From: a virus
DNA length: 64,000 nt
Virus record (IMG/VR): IMGVR_UViG_3300027852_000038
Span: 12,016 to 76,015 of that record
Reading direction: 5' to 3' (one strand)
This document shows, in pieces, positions 1-10,548 of the stretch. The notes beneath the pieces were generated by a model. It made no database searches. It saw only the letters and a list, made by a program, of their open reading frames with translations, and had not been told where the DNA came from. Made by a program: the position numbers and the translations under genes. Position 1 is the stretch's first letter. The number at the start of each line of letters is the position of its first letter.

Positions 1-639
1 ATGTAGGCCGAACAATTGAGATATGTCCCTGATATCCTGACATAGACCCCTTTTTTGATGCATAAGGTTCAAGGTTCCTTTTCTTACGCTGCCGGTTGCT
101 TCCCATAAACCAGAAAGCAAACCGACTAAAAATTCTCTATTTGATCTAAAGGCCCATTCAGGAACCCTTCTTGTGTTTTCTTGATATAATTGAAGGGTCT
201 TAACATCGTTTTTACTAATCAACCAACGGCAGCAAGCCCCCGAACCACCTAGATATTTACCTATTAAATGACCAAACCCTTCTTCTGATAAGCCTACAGT
301 GGCCATCGTTCTATATGTAGGATTATTAAACATAATTTGTTCAGACCTGTCTAAAGCCACCCAATCACCAATCTTTATATCTTTTAATGCTTTCCACTGT
401 ATCCATTTAGATGAGGCAATTCTTACCCGGTGAATGGGAGTCCCTTCTAACTCCATCCTTGATGACCTGATACCGATTATAGGCTGTTCCCCACCATAAT
501 AAAGATGGCTGGAATAAGCACCCCCTCTAACCTTAACTTTAAAGGGGACAAACTTATCTACTCCAATCGGTAACATAGGTAAATCTTTTATCCTTCTATA
601 ACCCATAGATGTGTTGACCCTGGTGTGATCAACTACACA
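1..639 (-). mobile_element. Intein in DnaB P-loop (partial), with degenerate LAGLIDADG domain
   Basis: Block A CVVDHTRVNTSMG begins right after the Walker A Lys; block B LEGTPIHRV; LAGLIDADG-like FGHLIGKYLGG and FLVGLLSGLWEATG. Confidence 0.9.
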
Positions 640-1176
640 TTTGAAACTTGCCGGAGGTGCTGCAATTACAGTCAAAGTCCCATATGTAAAACCCTTAGCA
701 ACTTCATCAATTTCAGGGCACCCCATCATAATACCGGAAGGCCTGTCATTCAACTTTTTTAAATCCGCAACTGCATCTAATGCACTGACCTTGACATAAG
801 GACTATCAACAACGCCCTCTTTTAAGATAATTTCTCTAGCATTATCTACCCGCCCAAGGGATAATTCAATTTGACATCTTTCAACAATTGAACTTTTTCT
901 CACTTCTACTAATAGATGAGTGGCCACATCTTTTGAATATTCAAAAGTCGGTTCACCCACCACCCCCGGAAAATATGAATCTAGTAAAACCTTATCCGGA
1001 AATTTTTTGTTATCTTGTGCGAACTGATCAGCAAAAGTGAGCAGCTCAGTCAAATACTCAATTGAAGACCCTTCTACAGCCTCCAAAAGAGTCTTGCAAT
1101 ATGTAAGATCTTCAATTTTATTAAGATTTGTAACCACCACGGATGATAACTCTAAAAGACTTCTGTATTCGGACAT
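1..1176 (-). CDS. dnaB: DnaB-like replicative helicase, intein-containing, runs off the window edge
   Basis: Not in the ORF track; hand-translated from ATG at 1176 with no stop to position 1. GIMMGCPEIDEVAKGFTYGTLTVIAAPPASFK matches the DnaB pre-Walker A/Walker A pattern and is followed directly by an intein. Confidence 0.85.
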   Translation of the reverse strand, partial: MSEYRSLLELSSVVVTNLNKIEDLTYCKTLLEAVEGSSIEYLTELLTFADQFAQDNKKFPDKVLLDSYFPGVVGEPTFEYSKDVATHLLVEVRKSSIVERCQIELSLGRVDNAREIILKEGVVDSPYVKVSALDAVADLKKLNDRPSGIMMGCPEIDEVAKGFTYGTLTVIAAPPASFKCVVDHTRVNTSMGYRRIKDLPMLPIGVDKFVPFKVKVRGGAYSSHLYYGGEQPIIGIRSSRMELEGTPIHRVRIASSKWIQWKALKDIKIGDWVALDRSEQIMFNNPTYRTMATVGLSEEGFGHLIGKYLGGSGACCRWLISKNDVKTLQLYQENTRRVPEWAFRSNREFLVGLLSGLWEATGSVRKGTLNLMHQKRGLCQDIRDISQLFGLH

Positions 1177-1634
1177 TCAAGCACCCCTTCCTTTTCCTTT
1201 CTGACAGCCGAAACACCAGGTATTTTCACTTCAGACAGGACCAAGGTCCTTTTGCCTTGCTCCATTCTATGCGTAGCAGTATATTGGATTAAATGTGGCA
1301 AAAATTTATTTGGTGGAGTGTCTTTTAAATGTAAGATAATTAAAAAATCGGTAGGATGCTCATAAAAACAAACACCTTCATCTAGATACATCGTCAATAA
1401 TTCATAAGATAATATTTTGTGGTAGCTTTTACCCCACAAGGATAATGCCACCGCCCCGAACTTCGTCAACTCTGAGGAGGGAGCAAGCTTGTATAAAAAA
1501 AAAGAATCCAACTCTTCAATTTCTTTTTTGATTTGCTCCCTCTTTTCCTTTTTCACCTGGACATAAAACCGACCAAAATAAGCTTTTAAAAATCTCATTC
1601 TCTGTTCTTGCGAAACCCTGGTTGAGTTCTCCAC
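1152..1634 (-). CDS. hypothetical protein (160 aa)
   Basis: ORF overlapping both neighbours in operon fashion; no motif recognised. Confidence 0.6.
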   Translation of the reverse strand: MENSTRVSQEQRMRFLKAYFGRFYVQVKKEKREQIKKEIEELDSFFLYKLAPSSELTKFGAVALSLWGKSYHKILSYELLTMYLDEGVCFYEHPTDFLIILHLKDTPPNKFLPHLIQYTATHRMEQGKRTLVLSEVKIPGVSAVRKEKEGVLECPNTEVF

Positions 1635-3016
1635 ATCATTTCCTTTCTTACCTGCTCCAATAAAAACCCACTATATTGCTCAAATTCTGACGGGGGAATG
1701 ACCTCATTTTTCAACGTTGATTGGAATAACTCTCTATGATTACGAAGGTAAATCATTTTATATTCATCAATAGTCCCTTTCAAACATATAAATGTTATAC
1801 GAAACTTTGTATAACTTGAATAGCTCCGAACTACCCGACCAATAACCTGGACAAAGTTACCAGGAGTGGCCATAATATCAAAGAAAATTAAATGGTTCGT
1901 AGAATGCAAATTCATCGACGCCCCTGCAATTGGGGAAACGATCAACACTTTCCCTTTAGGGTCTGAATTAAACTTATTTTTTGCCGCCTCAATATCCTCA
2001 TTTTTCATTTTACCAGTGATTTTAATCACTTCCAGTCCAGGGGGTATATTCTGAGAAACCAAATCAATTGAATCATAGTAAGAGCAATAAACCATTGAAC
2101 CCGTGGCCCTGTTCTCACTTAATGACTTCTTTAACAAAGCCAATTTGCTTGGGTCTTGATTAACTACTTTTTGAAGATCAAACCTACGAGCAAGAAAATC
2201 CTTTTGACTTGTTGAATTTGCATAGCCATCTGCTGCAATACTATATTCTTTTTCATTGGTTAACTCACCCTCTAACACCTGATAATCAATTTCCCTTTGT
2301 GGAAAATAAGAAATCATAACCCCTTTAAGCTGATCATATAACTGATCTAAATTTTGATACGAATCTGTAACCCAAACCTTCATTTTTCTCAGTTTACCAA
2401 ACGCGCCCCTTTTATAAAAGGACTTCAGCCGCCTGACCATATAATTTTCCCGGAAACTATACAAAGTCCCCAAACACCCGGGACTAATATACGAGGTGAT
2501 ATAGTATAAGTCCTCTAACTTTGATCCAATATTTGTAGCAGAAAACCCGAAGAATAAAGTAGATATTTTACGGACAGTGGCGAACTTTTGTGACAGCCCA
2601 GAAAGAGGATTTTTTAACTTGTGAACTTCATCAGCTACCACCATGGCCCGTTGATCTTTCATGGCTATGCAAAAACTCTTTGACTCAACGGCCTTTTTCA
2701 TATCACCATAAGTGCAAAGAAGAACCTTCCCTTTACCACTCATAAAAGGTTCAAGACTGTCAGAGTTCTTAGCTACTTCTGGTTTATAATCAGTAAACTT
2801 AAGCCAATCATTGTTGATTTCCATTATTGAAACCCTGGTTCCAACGATCACAGCCTTATCTATTTCCAGCAGCTTGAATTTGATGATTACTGACCCGATG
2901 GCAATTAATGACTTTCCCACCCCGGTTCCATAATTTATTAAACCACAAGATCTAGATCTGATAAAAACTAAAGCTTCAATTTGCTGTTTACTTAACTTAA
3001 CGCCTGTTAATTTCAT
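1595..3016 (-). CDS. SNF2-like superfamily 2 helicase/ATPase
   Basis: Walker A YGTGVGKS, DExH VVADEVHKLKN, motif III SAT, motif VI QVIGRVVR. Confidence 0.9.
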   Translation of the reverse strand: MKLTGVKLSKQQIEALVFIRSRSCGLINYGTGVGKSLIAIGSVIIKFKLLEIDKAVIVGTRVSIMEINNDWLKFTDYKPEVAKNSDSLEPFMSGKGKVLLCTYGDMKKAVESKSFCIAMKDQRAMVVADEVHKLKNPLSGLSQKFATVRKISTLFFGFSATNIGSKLEDLYYITSYISPGCLGTLYSFRENYMVRRLKSFYKRGAFGKLRKMKVWVTDSYQNLDQLYDQLKGVMISYFPQREIDYQVLEGELTNEKEYSIAADGYANSTSQKDFLARRFDLQKVVNQDPSKLALLKKSLSENRATGSMVYCSYYDSIDLVSQNIPPGLEVIKITGKMKNEDIEAAKNKFNSDPKGKVLIVSPIAGASMNLHSTNHLIFFDIMATPGNFVQVIGRVVRSYSSYTKFRITFICLKGTIDEYKMIYLRNHRELFQSTLKNEVIPPSEFEQYSGFLLEQVRKEMMWRTQPGFRKNRE

Positions 3017-3863
3017 TTTGATCTTTCAGAAACTGGACCATTCCATATTCTTTAGCCACCCCGACACTAGGAAAAAGCTGCTTCTTTTTTGGCTTACTGC
3101 CTTTGTTATTGTCAAACTGGTGGAAAGTCAAGTCTACTATTTTATAATTTATTAAAGCCTGCTTCTCACCCAAAACAAACTTTTTGAGTGAAGAATGATT
3201 GACATATTGTAAGGCTTGATTATAACTGTTAAGCTCCCGCCACTTTAAAGCAAACCTTTTAACTACTGTCTTAGGCACCATTGATGTGACATTAGGAACA
3301 TTGTCTGATCTATCGCCTTTTAATGCTTTCCAATAAGGCAAAAGCTCTGAATTAATCCCAAACTTTTCATTAAGATACTCATTACCCCAATACGTAAAAC
3401 CACCTTGTTGAGAAAATTGATTTGCCACCTTAGCTCCGAATTGACATAGCTGTAAAATATCACTATCCCCTGAATAAATAACCACATCACCCTTCCCCCG
3501 GAGCATAAAAAATAATCTTGCCATGATATCATCAGCTTCGTTTAAGTCCCACTCCACGGCCTGAACATAATCTAACAACGAAGCAGCCTGCAAAATCTTT
3601 TCTTCTAAATCTCTGGGGTGAACACCTCCTTCATTTGATCCGGTTCTATTTGCTTTATACAGAGAATAAAAGCTCTTCCTCCACAATTTCCGGGAATCCA
3701 TACATAAAATAACCCTTACATCTGGAATAATAGCAACCCTTGTCAAAAAATCTAATGCCCCATACATGGCCCCAGTTGGTGTGCCTTTGTAACAGAGATT
3801 TTTAAAAGCAAAGAAACTTCTATACTGCAACCACGCATAGTCAACCAAGACAAATGTTCTCAC
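2997..3863 (-). CDS. 5'-3' exonuclease / flap endonuclease (Pol I N-terminal or T4 RNase H type)
   Basis: [42 protein letters not shown] motifs. Confidence 0.92.
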
Positions 3864-3868
3864 GGCTC

Positions 3869-4279
<411 letters not shown>

Positions 4280-4283
<4 letters not shown>

Positions 4284-4450
4284 TCAACCCTCTCAGTTAA
4301 ATTCAATAAAGATGTTCGAGAAATTTTAACGCCCAAACCCCCCGCCTTGGATACACTCTTTAACAAGACCCCCTCTTTTGAAGTAGAGGATCTCAAAAAA
4401 CCTGTTTTTACTATTCTTTTTAACAGCTTTCCTTGTTTTTTCAATAGCAT
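4280..4450 (-). CDS. small basic protein (56 aa), not in ORF track
   Basis: MLLKKQGKLLKRIVKTG...TERVE*; its TGA overlaps the start codons of the next gene; RBS-like AGGA upstream. Confidence 0.55.
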
Positions 4451-4458
4451 AATAATTC

Positions 4459-4629
4459 CTATCTTTTTATGTAGCCAGATTTAAAAATACGTTTGTGAAT
4501 TTTACCCGCCAAAAAATAAACTCTTCTGTAGATCTTTTTACTCATCGCAGCAATAAACTTGCCACGGGTTGAAATCCCAATGGACCCACCCCCAAACTTA
4601 CCTCTTGTGGTTATGCTTATTGATACCAT
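4459..4629 (-). CDS. small basic protein (56 aa, from internal ATG MVSISITTRGKF)
   Basis: AGGGG RBS just upstream of ATG 4629; internal repeat SITTRGKF/GISTRGKF. Confidence 0.5.
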   Translation of the reverse strand: MVSISITTRGKFGGGSIGISTRGKFIAAMSKKIYRRVYFLAGKIHKRIFKSGYIKR

Positions 4630-4637
4630 GATTCCCC

Positions 4638-7094
4638 TTATACCTGGACCTGCTTCCAAAAAGTAAATTTACCAGGCCCGTTTCCATCAGCCTGGATCTG
4701 GTATGTTTCTAGAACGTCGTTATCAGTCCCGACACTTACTTTATCTGTATAAGTTCGGAGCCTGGCCGAGGTCAAATTGGAGTCCCCATCATAAACAGGC
4801 TGGTCAATATAAACATTTTCTTGAGACAGCCCCAACAATCTTTGAGTTGCTAATAAAATTGCAGCGACATCCACTTGACTTGCTGGTGTGTCCGGTAAAT
4901 TGTCCGTGCGTTCTTTAATAGCCAAAGCATTTTGCCTCACCTCATGCAAAGCATAAGATTTTTCTCTTGCTTTGATTTCATGCAATTTTATTTCCCTGGT
5001 GTGAGGGTCATTGTTATAAAATTGGATCCTGATCTGTTCATAAATTTTTAATTCAGAAGACTCAACCGTGAACCAATCTTCATTTTTACCCCAAGCCCCG
5101 TTATACACTGGATGCCAAACATCCCCATAGTAAGCTTCAATATTCACCTGGTCAAAATCTTCTGGATGATCAGTAGACGCATAAAATCTAATCAATTTTG
5201 ATTCTATTTCCGGAACAGTGAAACCGGCCCAATCACTCCAATTATACGCCAATACATCAATATAACTATATGTGTCTAAACTCCCATCAATTACGTTTTC
5301 CTCATCGATCCAATTCGTAGCATTACAGCCTTCGGGAAGAGCCCAAACACCAACGGCCCTTTCCAGGTCAATCAAGGTGGAATCTTTGTCTCTTTTGTCG
5401 CTGCTCCCCATGATGTAATTATCGGGTAATTTACTCTCAACAGTATTTTTAAAAGAGGATAATAAAGCATAAACATCATCAATATTATACTCTGGAAACC
5501 CGTCTGCGTAAACATACTCACTGGTCAATCCTGTTGTTCGGACAACTAACTCAATTGGATAATTATCCGTAATAAGGCTACCTGATACGCTTACAGTATA
5601 TTTTTCATAATCTTCAGTCAAATTAAATTCAACCCAATCAGTAATCCGAACCCCCATATAAAAAGCCGCTCCCGAGCATTCCCCGGAAAACACAGCTGTC
5701 TTTTTTAAATAAATACTCAAGTCCGTATTAGCACCAGCAGCGGCGGCAATAGTCCAAATATGATATATATAATCAGTGACACTCAAAGGGCAAAATCTAA
5801 ACCCGTCGCCGTCTAAAGTCTCCGATCCCTGTATTCTTTCTACATTGCCGTATAAGGTGTTAAAAATGTACTTATCCACATCAGGAGCATTATAATGTAT
5901 TACGGTAAAACCCGGGATCATCCCTTGAATATTTAATGCACTGATATCATTACCGTTAGCTGACGTAGTGAGATGAAATACTTTGTTATCAAACCCATAG
6001 TTGGTATGTATACCGGTGCTTTCATTCTGGACAGTGGCCCGGGTAATCGTATTATTATAAGCATAGTAAAATCGTATTCCATAAGTCATATTATGATTTG
6101 TTTCGATAGTTGCGAATATATTGTTATTAGACCGGTATAACTCAACGCCATAGCTCCCGTTTTCTTCAATCAAAAGGTTCTCGAAAGTACAAGCGAACAT
6201 ATAATAACTGCGCAACCCTCTCGAATAATTCCGTCTGGCAGTATAAGCCCCTATAACAACATCTAAAGAGCTATAAATATAAGATGCGTAACCACCATTA
6301 CTACAAACAACTAAACTATCAATATTAATATTGGTGGTGTTATAGCAATAAAATCCATAGTTATAATTAGCATTACAAATTATACCCCCGAATTCACAAT
6401 TTTTGATTGTACTCACATATATTCCATATTGACAGGCCAAACATTCTAAACGGCCCGTTGATACAAAATAATCCGAATAACTTGAACTTAAACCATAGTA
6501 ATATCGTAAAAAATGAATATCAGATAATTCTATATACTTCCTATTGTATATATATAATCCATAACCATTTTTTACAGATGTATAAGGAATGACACCCTGT
6601 CTAAAATAAGTGGTCCCTGTTTTAATATCAAAGGCAGGATTCCATCCCCCGGATATTATAAGCGGTGAACCAGATGCTCCCTCATTAATGACTTGCTGGA
6701 CTTTTTCCGATGATGATGACGCATTTCCAGTATCAGTAGGAACTAATTTTACACCAGCCGCTATATCGTTTGGACCTGAATAACGTCTATCTAAACCCAA
6801 TTCTGTAGCAGTCACGGAGGTGACTGCCCAGTATCCTGAATTTCCAACACTTGTAGATTTTACAAAATCACCAGGGAATACTTCAGCGGTTAAGTCTACA
6901 CTCGTGGGAATTTTTGTATTGCCGTCTGTAAAAGTCAATATTCCTGATAGAACCACATCCGGGGGGTTCGCCTCCACCCGTATCTCATCCCCCGGAGAAG
7001 CACTAATCACTTCCGATATAGACTTCATTGGATCGGCAGGTGTTCCAGCTCCTCCGGTTGTTCCATTTAGCCAAGACACGCACCATATGGCCAT
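4638..7094 (-). CDS. Right-handed parallel beta-helix protein; putative tailspike/receptor-binding protein
   Basis: N-terminal GTPADPMKSI motif and repeated N-x-YGI/xYxxxN beta-helix rungs; located at the end of the tail block. Confidence 0.7.
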   Translation of the reverse strand: MAIWCVSWLNGTTGGAGTPADPMKSISEVISASPGDEIRVEANPPDVVLSGILTFTDGNTKIPTSVDLTAEVFPGDFVKSTSVGNSGYWAVTSVTATELGLDRRYSGPNDIAAGVKLVPTDTGNASSSSEKVQQVINEGASGSPLIISGGWNPAFDIKTGTTYFRQGVIPYTSVKNGYGLYIYNRKYIELSDIHFLRYYYGLSSSYSDYFVSTGRLECLACQYGIYVSTIKNCEFGGIICNANYNYGFYCYNTTNINIDSLVVCSNGGYASYIYSSLDVVIGAYTARRNYSRGLRSYYMFACTFENLLIEENGSYGVELYRSNNNIFATIETNHNMTYGIRFYYAYNNTITRATVQNESTGIHTNYGFDNKVFHLTTSANGNDISALNIQGMIPGFTVIHYNAPDVDKYIFNTLYGNVERIQGSETLDGDGFRFCPLSVTDYIYHIWTIAAAAGANTDLSIYLKKTAVFSGECSGAAFYMGVRITDWVEFNLTEDYEKYTVSVSGSLITDNYPIELVVRTTGLTSEYVYADGFPEYNIDDVYALLSSFKNTVESKLPDNYIMGSSDKRDKDSTLIDLERAVGVWALPEGCNATNWIDEENVIDGSLDTYSYIDVLAYNWSDWAGFTVPEIESKLIRFYASTDHPEDFDQVNIEAYYGDVWHPVYNGAWGKNEDWFTVESSELKIYEQIRIQFYNNDPHTREIKLHEIKAREKSYALHEVRQNALAIKERTDNLPDTPASQVDVAAILLATQRLLGLSQENVYIDQPVYDGDSNLTSARLRTYTDKVSVGTDNDVLETYQIQADGNGPGKFTFWKQVQV

Positions 7095-7095
7095 C

Positions 7096-7377
7096 TTATA
7101 AAGCCTCCAACATCGTTTTTAAGTTAATAAATTCTAATTGTTCCATTTCAAATTCAGCTAGATAAAACCCTAAAGCTATATTTACATCATCAATCAACGT
7201 AGACAAATCCTCACCGGCACCTATAGGAGGCACTACTGCCACAATCGAATCGATTTTAGTCTGTAGATCATCAATTTTTGCTTGTAATTCTTCAACGGAC
7301 ACAATCTGCTGAGGGTCTGGTGACCCTTCTTCAGCGTAGGTCCCCCCATCATCTTCATTTATAAATAACCAACTCAT
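7096..7377 (-). CDS. hypothetical acidic coiled-coil protein
   Basis: Likely start MSWLFINE at 7377 with GGGGG RBS; heptad segment LQAKIDDLQTKID. Confidence 0.55.
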   Translation of the reverse strand: MSWLFINEDDGGTYAEEGSPDPQQIVSVEELQAKIDDLQTKIDSIVAVVPPIGAGEDLSTLIDDVNIALGFYLAEFEMEQLEFINLKTMLEAL

Positions 7378-7394
7378 TTCCCACCCCCTTTTAT

Positions 7395-7577
7395 TTAAGA
7401 CCCATCCCCTGAGGAGCACCACCCCCCCTGAGGAGCACCACTACCACCCCCCTGGTAAAAATTTATTTTTTGATTTATTTTAGTTTCTTGACTTGGTTCC
7501 AAAATATCCTCTTCAATTAAGACTTTTAGCACCTTCTTTAACTTGTATTGTTTCCTTAAATTCTCCGTAATTTCCAT
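7395..7577 (-). CDS. small hypothetical protein with Gly-rich tail
   Basis: ORF with AAAGGGG RBS; C-terminal GGGSGAPQGG. Confidence 0.45.
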   Translation of the reverse strand: MEITENLRKQYKLKKVLKVLIEEDILEPSQETKINQKINFYQGGGSGAPQGGWCSSGDGS

Positions 7578-7857
7578 GATTAACCCCTTTTAAATCACCC
7601 ATTAGTTCAATTACCCGAGAAGCCTCGATCTTACACCAAGATTTAAATGCCTTAGTTTCAGACATACGTTTAAACGCTATACGCTTGTTTTGGTGCTGAC
7701 TCCGTGTGTCGGTGCTTTTACCTATGGCCCCCGAATCAAAGTGGGTGATCCTGACCCCCGACGATGTCTTATTTTGATGCTGGCCACCCTTACCACCCGA
7801 CCGAAAAACATCAACTTTGCAATCTTTTATTGTCACGTTAAAAAGTTTCTCTCTCAT
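7513..7857 (-). CDS. Stand-alone class I release-factor (GGQ) peptidyl-tRNA hydrolase domain protein
   Basis: FRSGGKGGQHQNKTSSGVRITH...RSQHQNKRIAF is the RF-1/ArfB catalytic domain signature. Confidence 0.9.
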   Translation of the reverse strand: MREKLFNVTIKDCKVDVFRSGGKGGQHQNKTSSGVRITHFDSGAIGKSTDTRSQHQNKRIAFKRMSETKAFKSWCKIEASRVIELMGDLKGVNHGNYGEFKETIQVKEGAKSLN

Positions 7858-8450
7858 TTTATTACCTTTTTATCTCCAATATGATCACTAACCTCATGGC
7901 CTAAATCAGCATGAATATGAGTATCATGGTTATATTTCTTAACGGTGTCCCGGTGTATCGCTTTCTTTAATATTTCGTATCTACCATTGAAACCACCCAG
8001 TCGTTTTACTTCGTCATAAATTCTAAAATCCAACCGCATTTTTACAGCAGGAAATCTTAAGGTTAATAGATACCATAAATAAACATTCTTTTCAACTTTA
8101 AACGATCCCGCTCCTGGAATCATCCGATTGTCTGAATAGTCCATATAAGTCTTACATGGAACTTTACCACCCCGATACCCTGTATTGTTGGAGCCAACAT
8201 TGAGATCGGAACCAAAATCCACAGTCCTGCCATCCCGGTGAGAATGTTCAGGATGCTTATGTGTTGACAGGTCTTGTATAAACCTTTTAGAAAAACATCC
8301 CAACCAGAGAGCTGACTCTTCTCCAGGCATTGCAGGGTAATCAATTGCCACTGACCATAAAACATCTTCAAACGCTTTCCGATGTAAAAAATCAATTTCA
8401 TTATACGGATCATGGGGAGAAAAAACCCAAGCGGCGGTTTCCGTCTGCAA
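7854..8450 (-). CDS. MepA-like LAS zinc endopeptidase (putative peptidoglycan hydrolase)
   Basis: HSHRDGRTVD (H-x6-D) and HDTHIH (HxH) LAS metal-binding motifs. Confidence 0.7.
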   Translation of the reverse strand: MQTETAAWVFSPHDPYNEIDFLHRKAFEDVLWSVAIDYPAMPGEESALWLGCFSKRFIQDLSTHKHPEHSHRDGRTVDFGSDLNVGSNNTGYRGGKVPCKTYMDYSDNRMIPGAGSFKVEKNVYLWYLLTLRFPAVKMRLDFRIYDEVKRLGGFNGRYEILKKAIHRDTVKKYNHDTHIHADLGHEVSDHIGDKKVIK

Positions 8451-8485
8451 CCAGTAAGCCCTTCTATTTTCCCTATACAGCCCGG

Positions 8486-8779
8486 TTAAAGTTTTTTTTT
8501 ACCTGGTATGAATTGAAATGCACCGGTCTTGGTATCAAATAAAATGCCGTCCGGGTAAACTCCTCTGTTGTGCTGTATTTCTGCAATCCAGGCTCCTTTT
8601 TCTTCGAAGAAAAAAGACTTGCTTGAATAGGGCTCAATCTTTAACTCTTTATATTTTTTTACTGAACCCTTCCTAAAAATCATATTAACCACTTGATCAA
8701 CATCTGTATCATTTGGGACTTGAAAGCCGGTCTTCCACTTTCCGTCATTCAATACTCTAGGAATAATTGTTGTTTCCAT
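8486..8779 (-). CDS. hypothetical protein (97 aa)
   Basis: ORF with GGAA RBS; no motif recognised. Confidence 0.55.
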   Translation of the reverse strand: METTIIPRVLNDGKWKTGFQVPNDTDVDQVVNMIFRKGSVKKYKELKIEPYSSKSFFFEEKGAWIAEIQHNRGVYPDGILFDTKTGAFQFIPGKKKL

Positions 8780-8805
8780 TGTTTACATTCCTTTCATTTA
8801 ATTTT

Positions 8806-9528
8806 TTAATTTACATCAACACATACAATACATGTTTGAACATTCGTGCCACTTTTAGAAAACGTTTTTTCTGGTAACATTTTTATTGTGCCCCCAAAAG
8901 AATAAACCCGATCCCTAAAAATTATAGTTTTTTTATTCGTGCGAAATAAAACAGAAGCAGACGCCACAGAAACAACCCTCCTCCTCGCCAAATCCATCAT
9001 TTTGTTAATATGATCAATATCCTGTTGTTTTGTAAATGGAGGATTTGCAACAATCACATCATACTGTTTATTATCAAAATCCATAAAATTCTCACCGACA
9101 ACAGTAAAACCACCCTTGATTAAAAAATCTCTGTTTTCTTGATTTAACTCAATACAATGACACCCATTTATTAATTTTGCAATTCTTCCTTTGCCCGCAG
9201 AAGGCTCTAGCACAGTTTCCCCTTCTTTTATACCTGCCATCTCAACCAGTTTTGTTGCTAATTCAGATGGTGTTTCAAAAAAATTAAATTTCTTTTTTTG
9301 ATCCGTGTATTCCCCCGACAAAAGCATAGCTTCAACAACATCAACAGGCGAGGTTTTAAAAATGTGGGCTTTGCTCTTTCTATCCCATTTTCCTTTTATT
9401 GCAACCAAAACTTTATTGACAGCAACATATAATTTTCTATCAAGTTGTCCTGAGGGCAAATATAATTTATTGCCCTCAATACGTGAATTTGCCAATACAT
9501 CAATAACTTCATTCTGTATTTTCAACAT
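8806..9528 (-). CDS. SAM-dependent amino (N6-adenine type) DNA methyltransferase
   Basis: FFETP, motif I VLEPSAGKG, motif IV IVANPPF. Confidence 0.88.
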   Translation of the reverse strand: MLKIQNEVIDVLANSRIEGNKLYLPSGQLDRKLYVAVNKVLVAIKGKWDRKSKAHIFKTSPVDVVEAMLLSGEYTDQKKKFNFFETPSELATKLVEMAGIKEGETVLEPSAGKGRIAKLINGCHCIELNQENRDFLIKGGFTVVGENFMDFDNKQYDVIVANPPFTKQQDIDHINKMMDLARRRVVSVASASVLFRTNKKTIIFRDRVYSFGGTIKMLPEKTFSKSGTNVQTCIVCVDVN

Positions 9529-9540
9529 AAGATGTTCCTT

Positions 9541-10035
9541 TCATTTTTTCAGTTTTTCAATTTGCACTTGAATCCTAGTCAAGATATCAAACACTTCACG
9601 GTTTAAAGTTTTTATGTCCCGGATATCCTCTTTCAATTCTGTGACATCCTCTTTCATAGTAATTTTTGATATCTCCATTTCCCGACGTATGTCTTCTTGG
9701 TTTTTGTTCAGCTGAAAAGTAAAATCTTCTTTAACCCGATTTAAGCCGGTCTTGAATTCACACCTCAAATCAAATATATCTTTTTTCAAGTTGGCCTGGA
9801 TTAAATTAATGGTCTGTTTTAAATTCTTGGCATTAACATGGGAAACGGTTTCTTTGGTTATGACTTGCGATGATATCCGGGTTTCCATTTTCAATAAATC
9901 TGCCTTTGTCGCTTTATTACTGAGAGCATTCCCCAAAGGAATTAGAACAGCAAGCAACAAACCCAAAAAAGCAATCAAAGCCCCAATCTGTTTCACTGTA
10001 ATTACCTCCCTGTCTGGTCCCCCGTTTAAGTCCAC
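9541..10035 (-). CDS. Membrane-anchored coiled-coil protein; possible holin/lysis accessory
   Basis: N-terminal TM helix IGALIAFLGLLLAVLIPLG plus a long coiled coil; immediately downstream of the endolysin. Confidence 0.45.
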   Translation of the reverse strand: MDLNGGPDREVITVKQIGALIAFLGLLLAVLIPLGNALSNKATKADLLKMETRISSQVITKETVSHVNAKNLKQTINLIQANLKKDIFDLRCEFKTGLNRVKEDFTFQLNKNQEDIRREMEISKITMKEDVTELKEDIRDIKTLNREVFDILTRIQVQIEKLKK

Positions 10036-10052
10036 TGGTTATTCCCCCCTTT

Positions 10053-10532
10053 TTAAAAACGAATTTGTGACATGCACTTGAATGGTTCCGACCTCTCACT
10101 ATTGAAAAACTTTAACCTTGTATCTTTATAATGCCTGTTAGTAGGCAATGATACGTGTATAAATCGAATACTTGAGTCTTTCCTTAAATAAGCAATCAAT
10201 TGACCATATATAAAAGGATGTTTATTGAGAAAACTGAATAATCTAAAATTCCACATATCTGCACCAGCAGTGACATCAACGGCGTTTCCGTCCTTATGAT
10301 CTGAATATATCACACCCCCCACCAATCTGTTTAACTCATTTGACCTAAGTCCACTCAACACCCTGCACCGAACTTCATCTTTAATAGCTGACTTCAAAAA
10401 GAAAGGCATTAAAACAGTCGTATGGAGCAGAAAAAGATTTCTTTCTTGCAAAACAGAAGGATTAATACTCTTTGCTGTCTCTGGGTAACTGCTAGACACT
10501 ATATAGTTTCTCACTTGAAATTCTGGAAACAT
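10053..10532 (-). CDS. Peptidase M15A-like endolysin
   Basis: VLSGLRS, SDHKDGNAVDV (H-x6-D), FIHVS. Confidence 0.8.
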   Translation of the reverse strand: MFPEFQVRNYIVSSSYPETAKSINPSVLQERNLFLLHTTVLMPFFLKSAIKDEVRCRVLSGLRSNELNRLVGGVIYSDHKDGNAVDVTAGADMWNFRLFSFLNKHPFIYGQLIAYLRKDSSIRFIHVSLPTNRHYKDTRLKFFNSERSEPFKCMSQIRF

Positions 10533-10548
10533 TTAACTATCCTTTCAA

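Noticed and set aside
7401-7455. C7 run (7422-7428) in a short duplicated GAPQG motif as a phase-variation switch
   Set aside because: It alters only the last ~10 residues of a small ORF; more likely a trivial indel.
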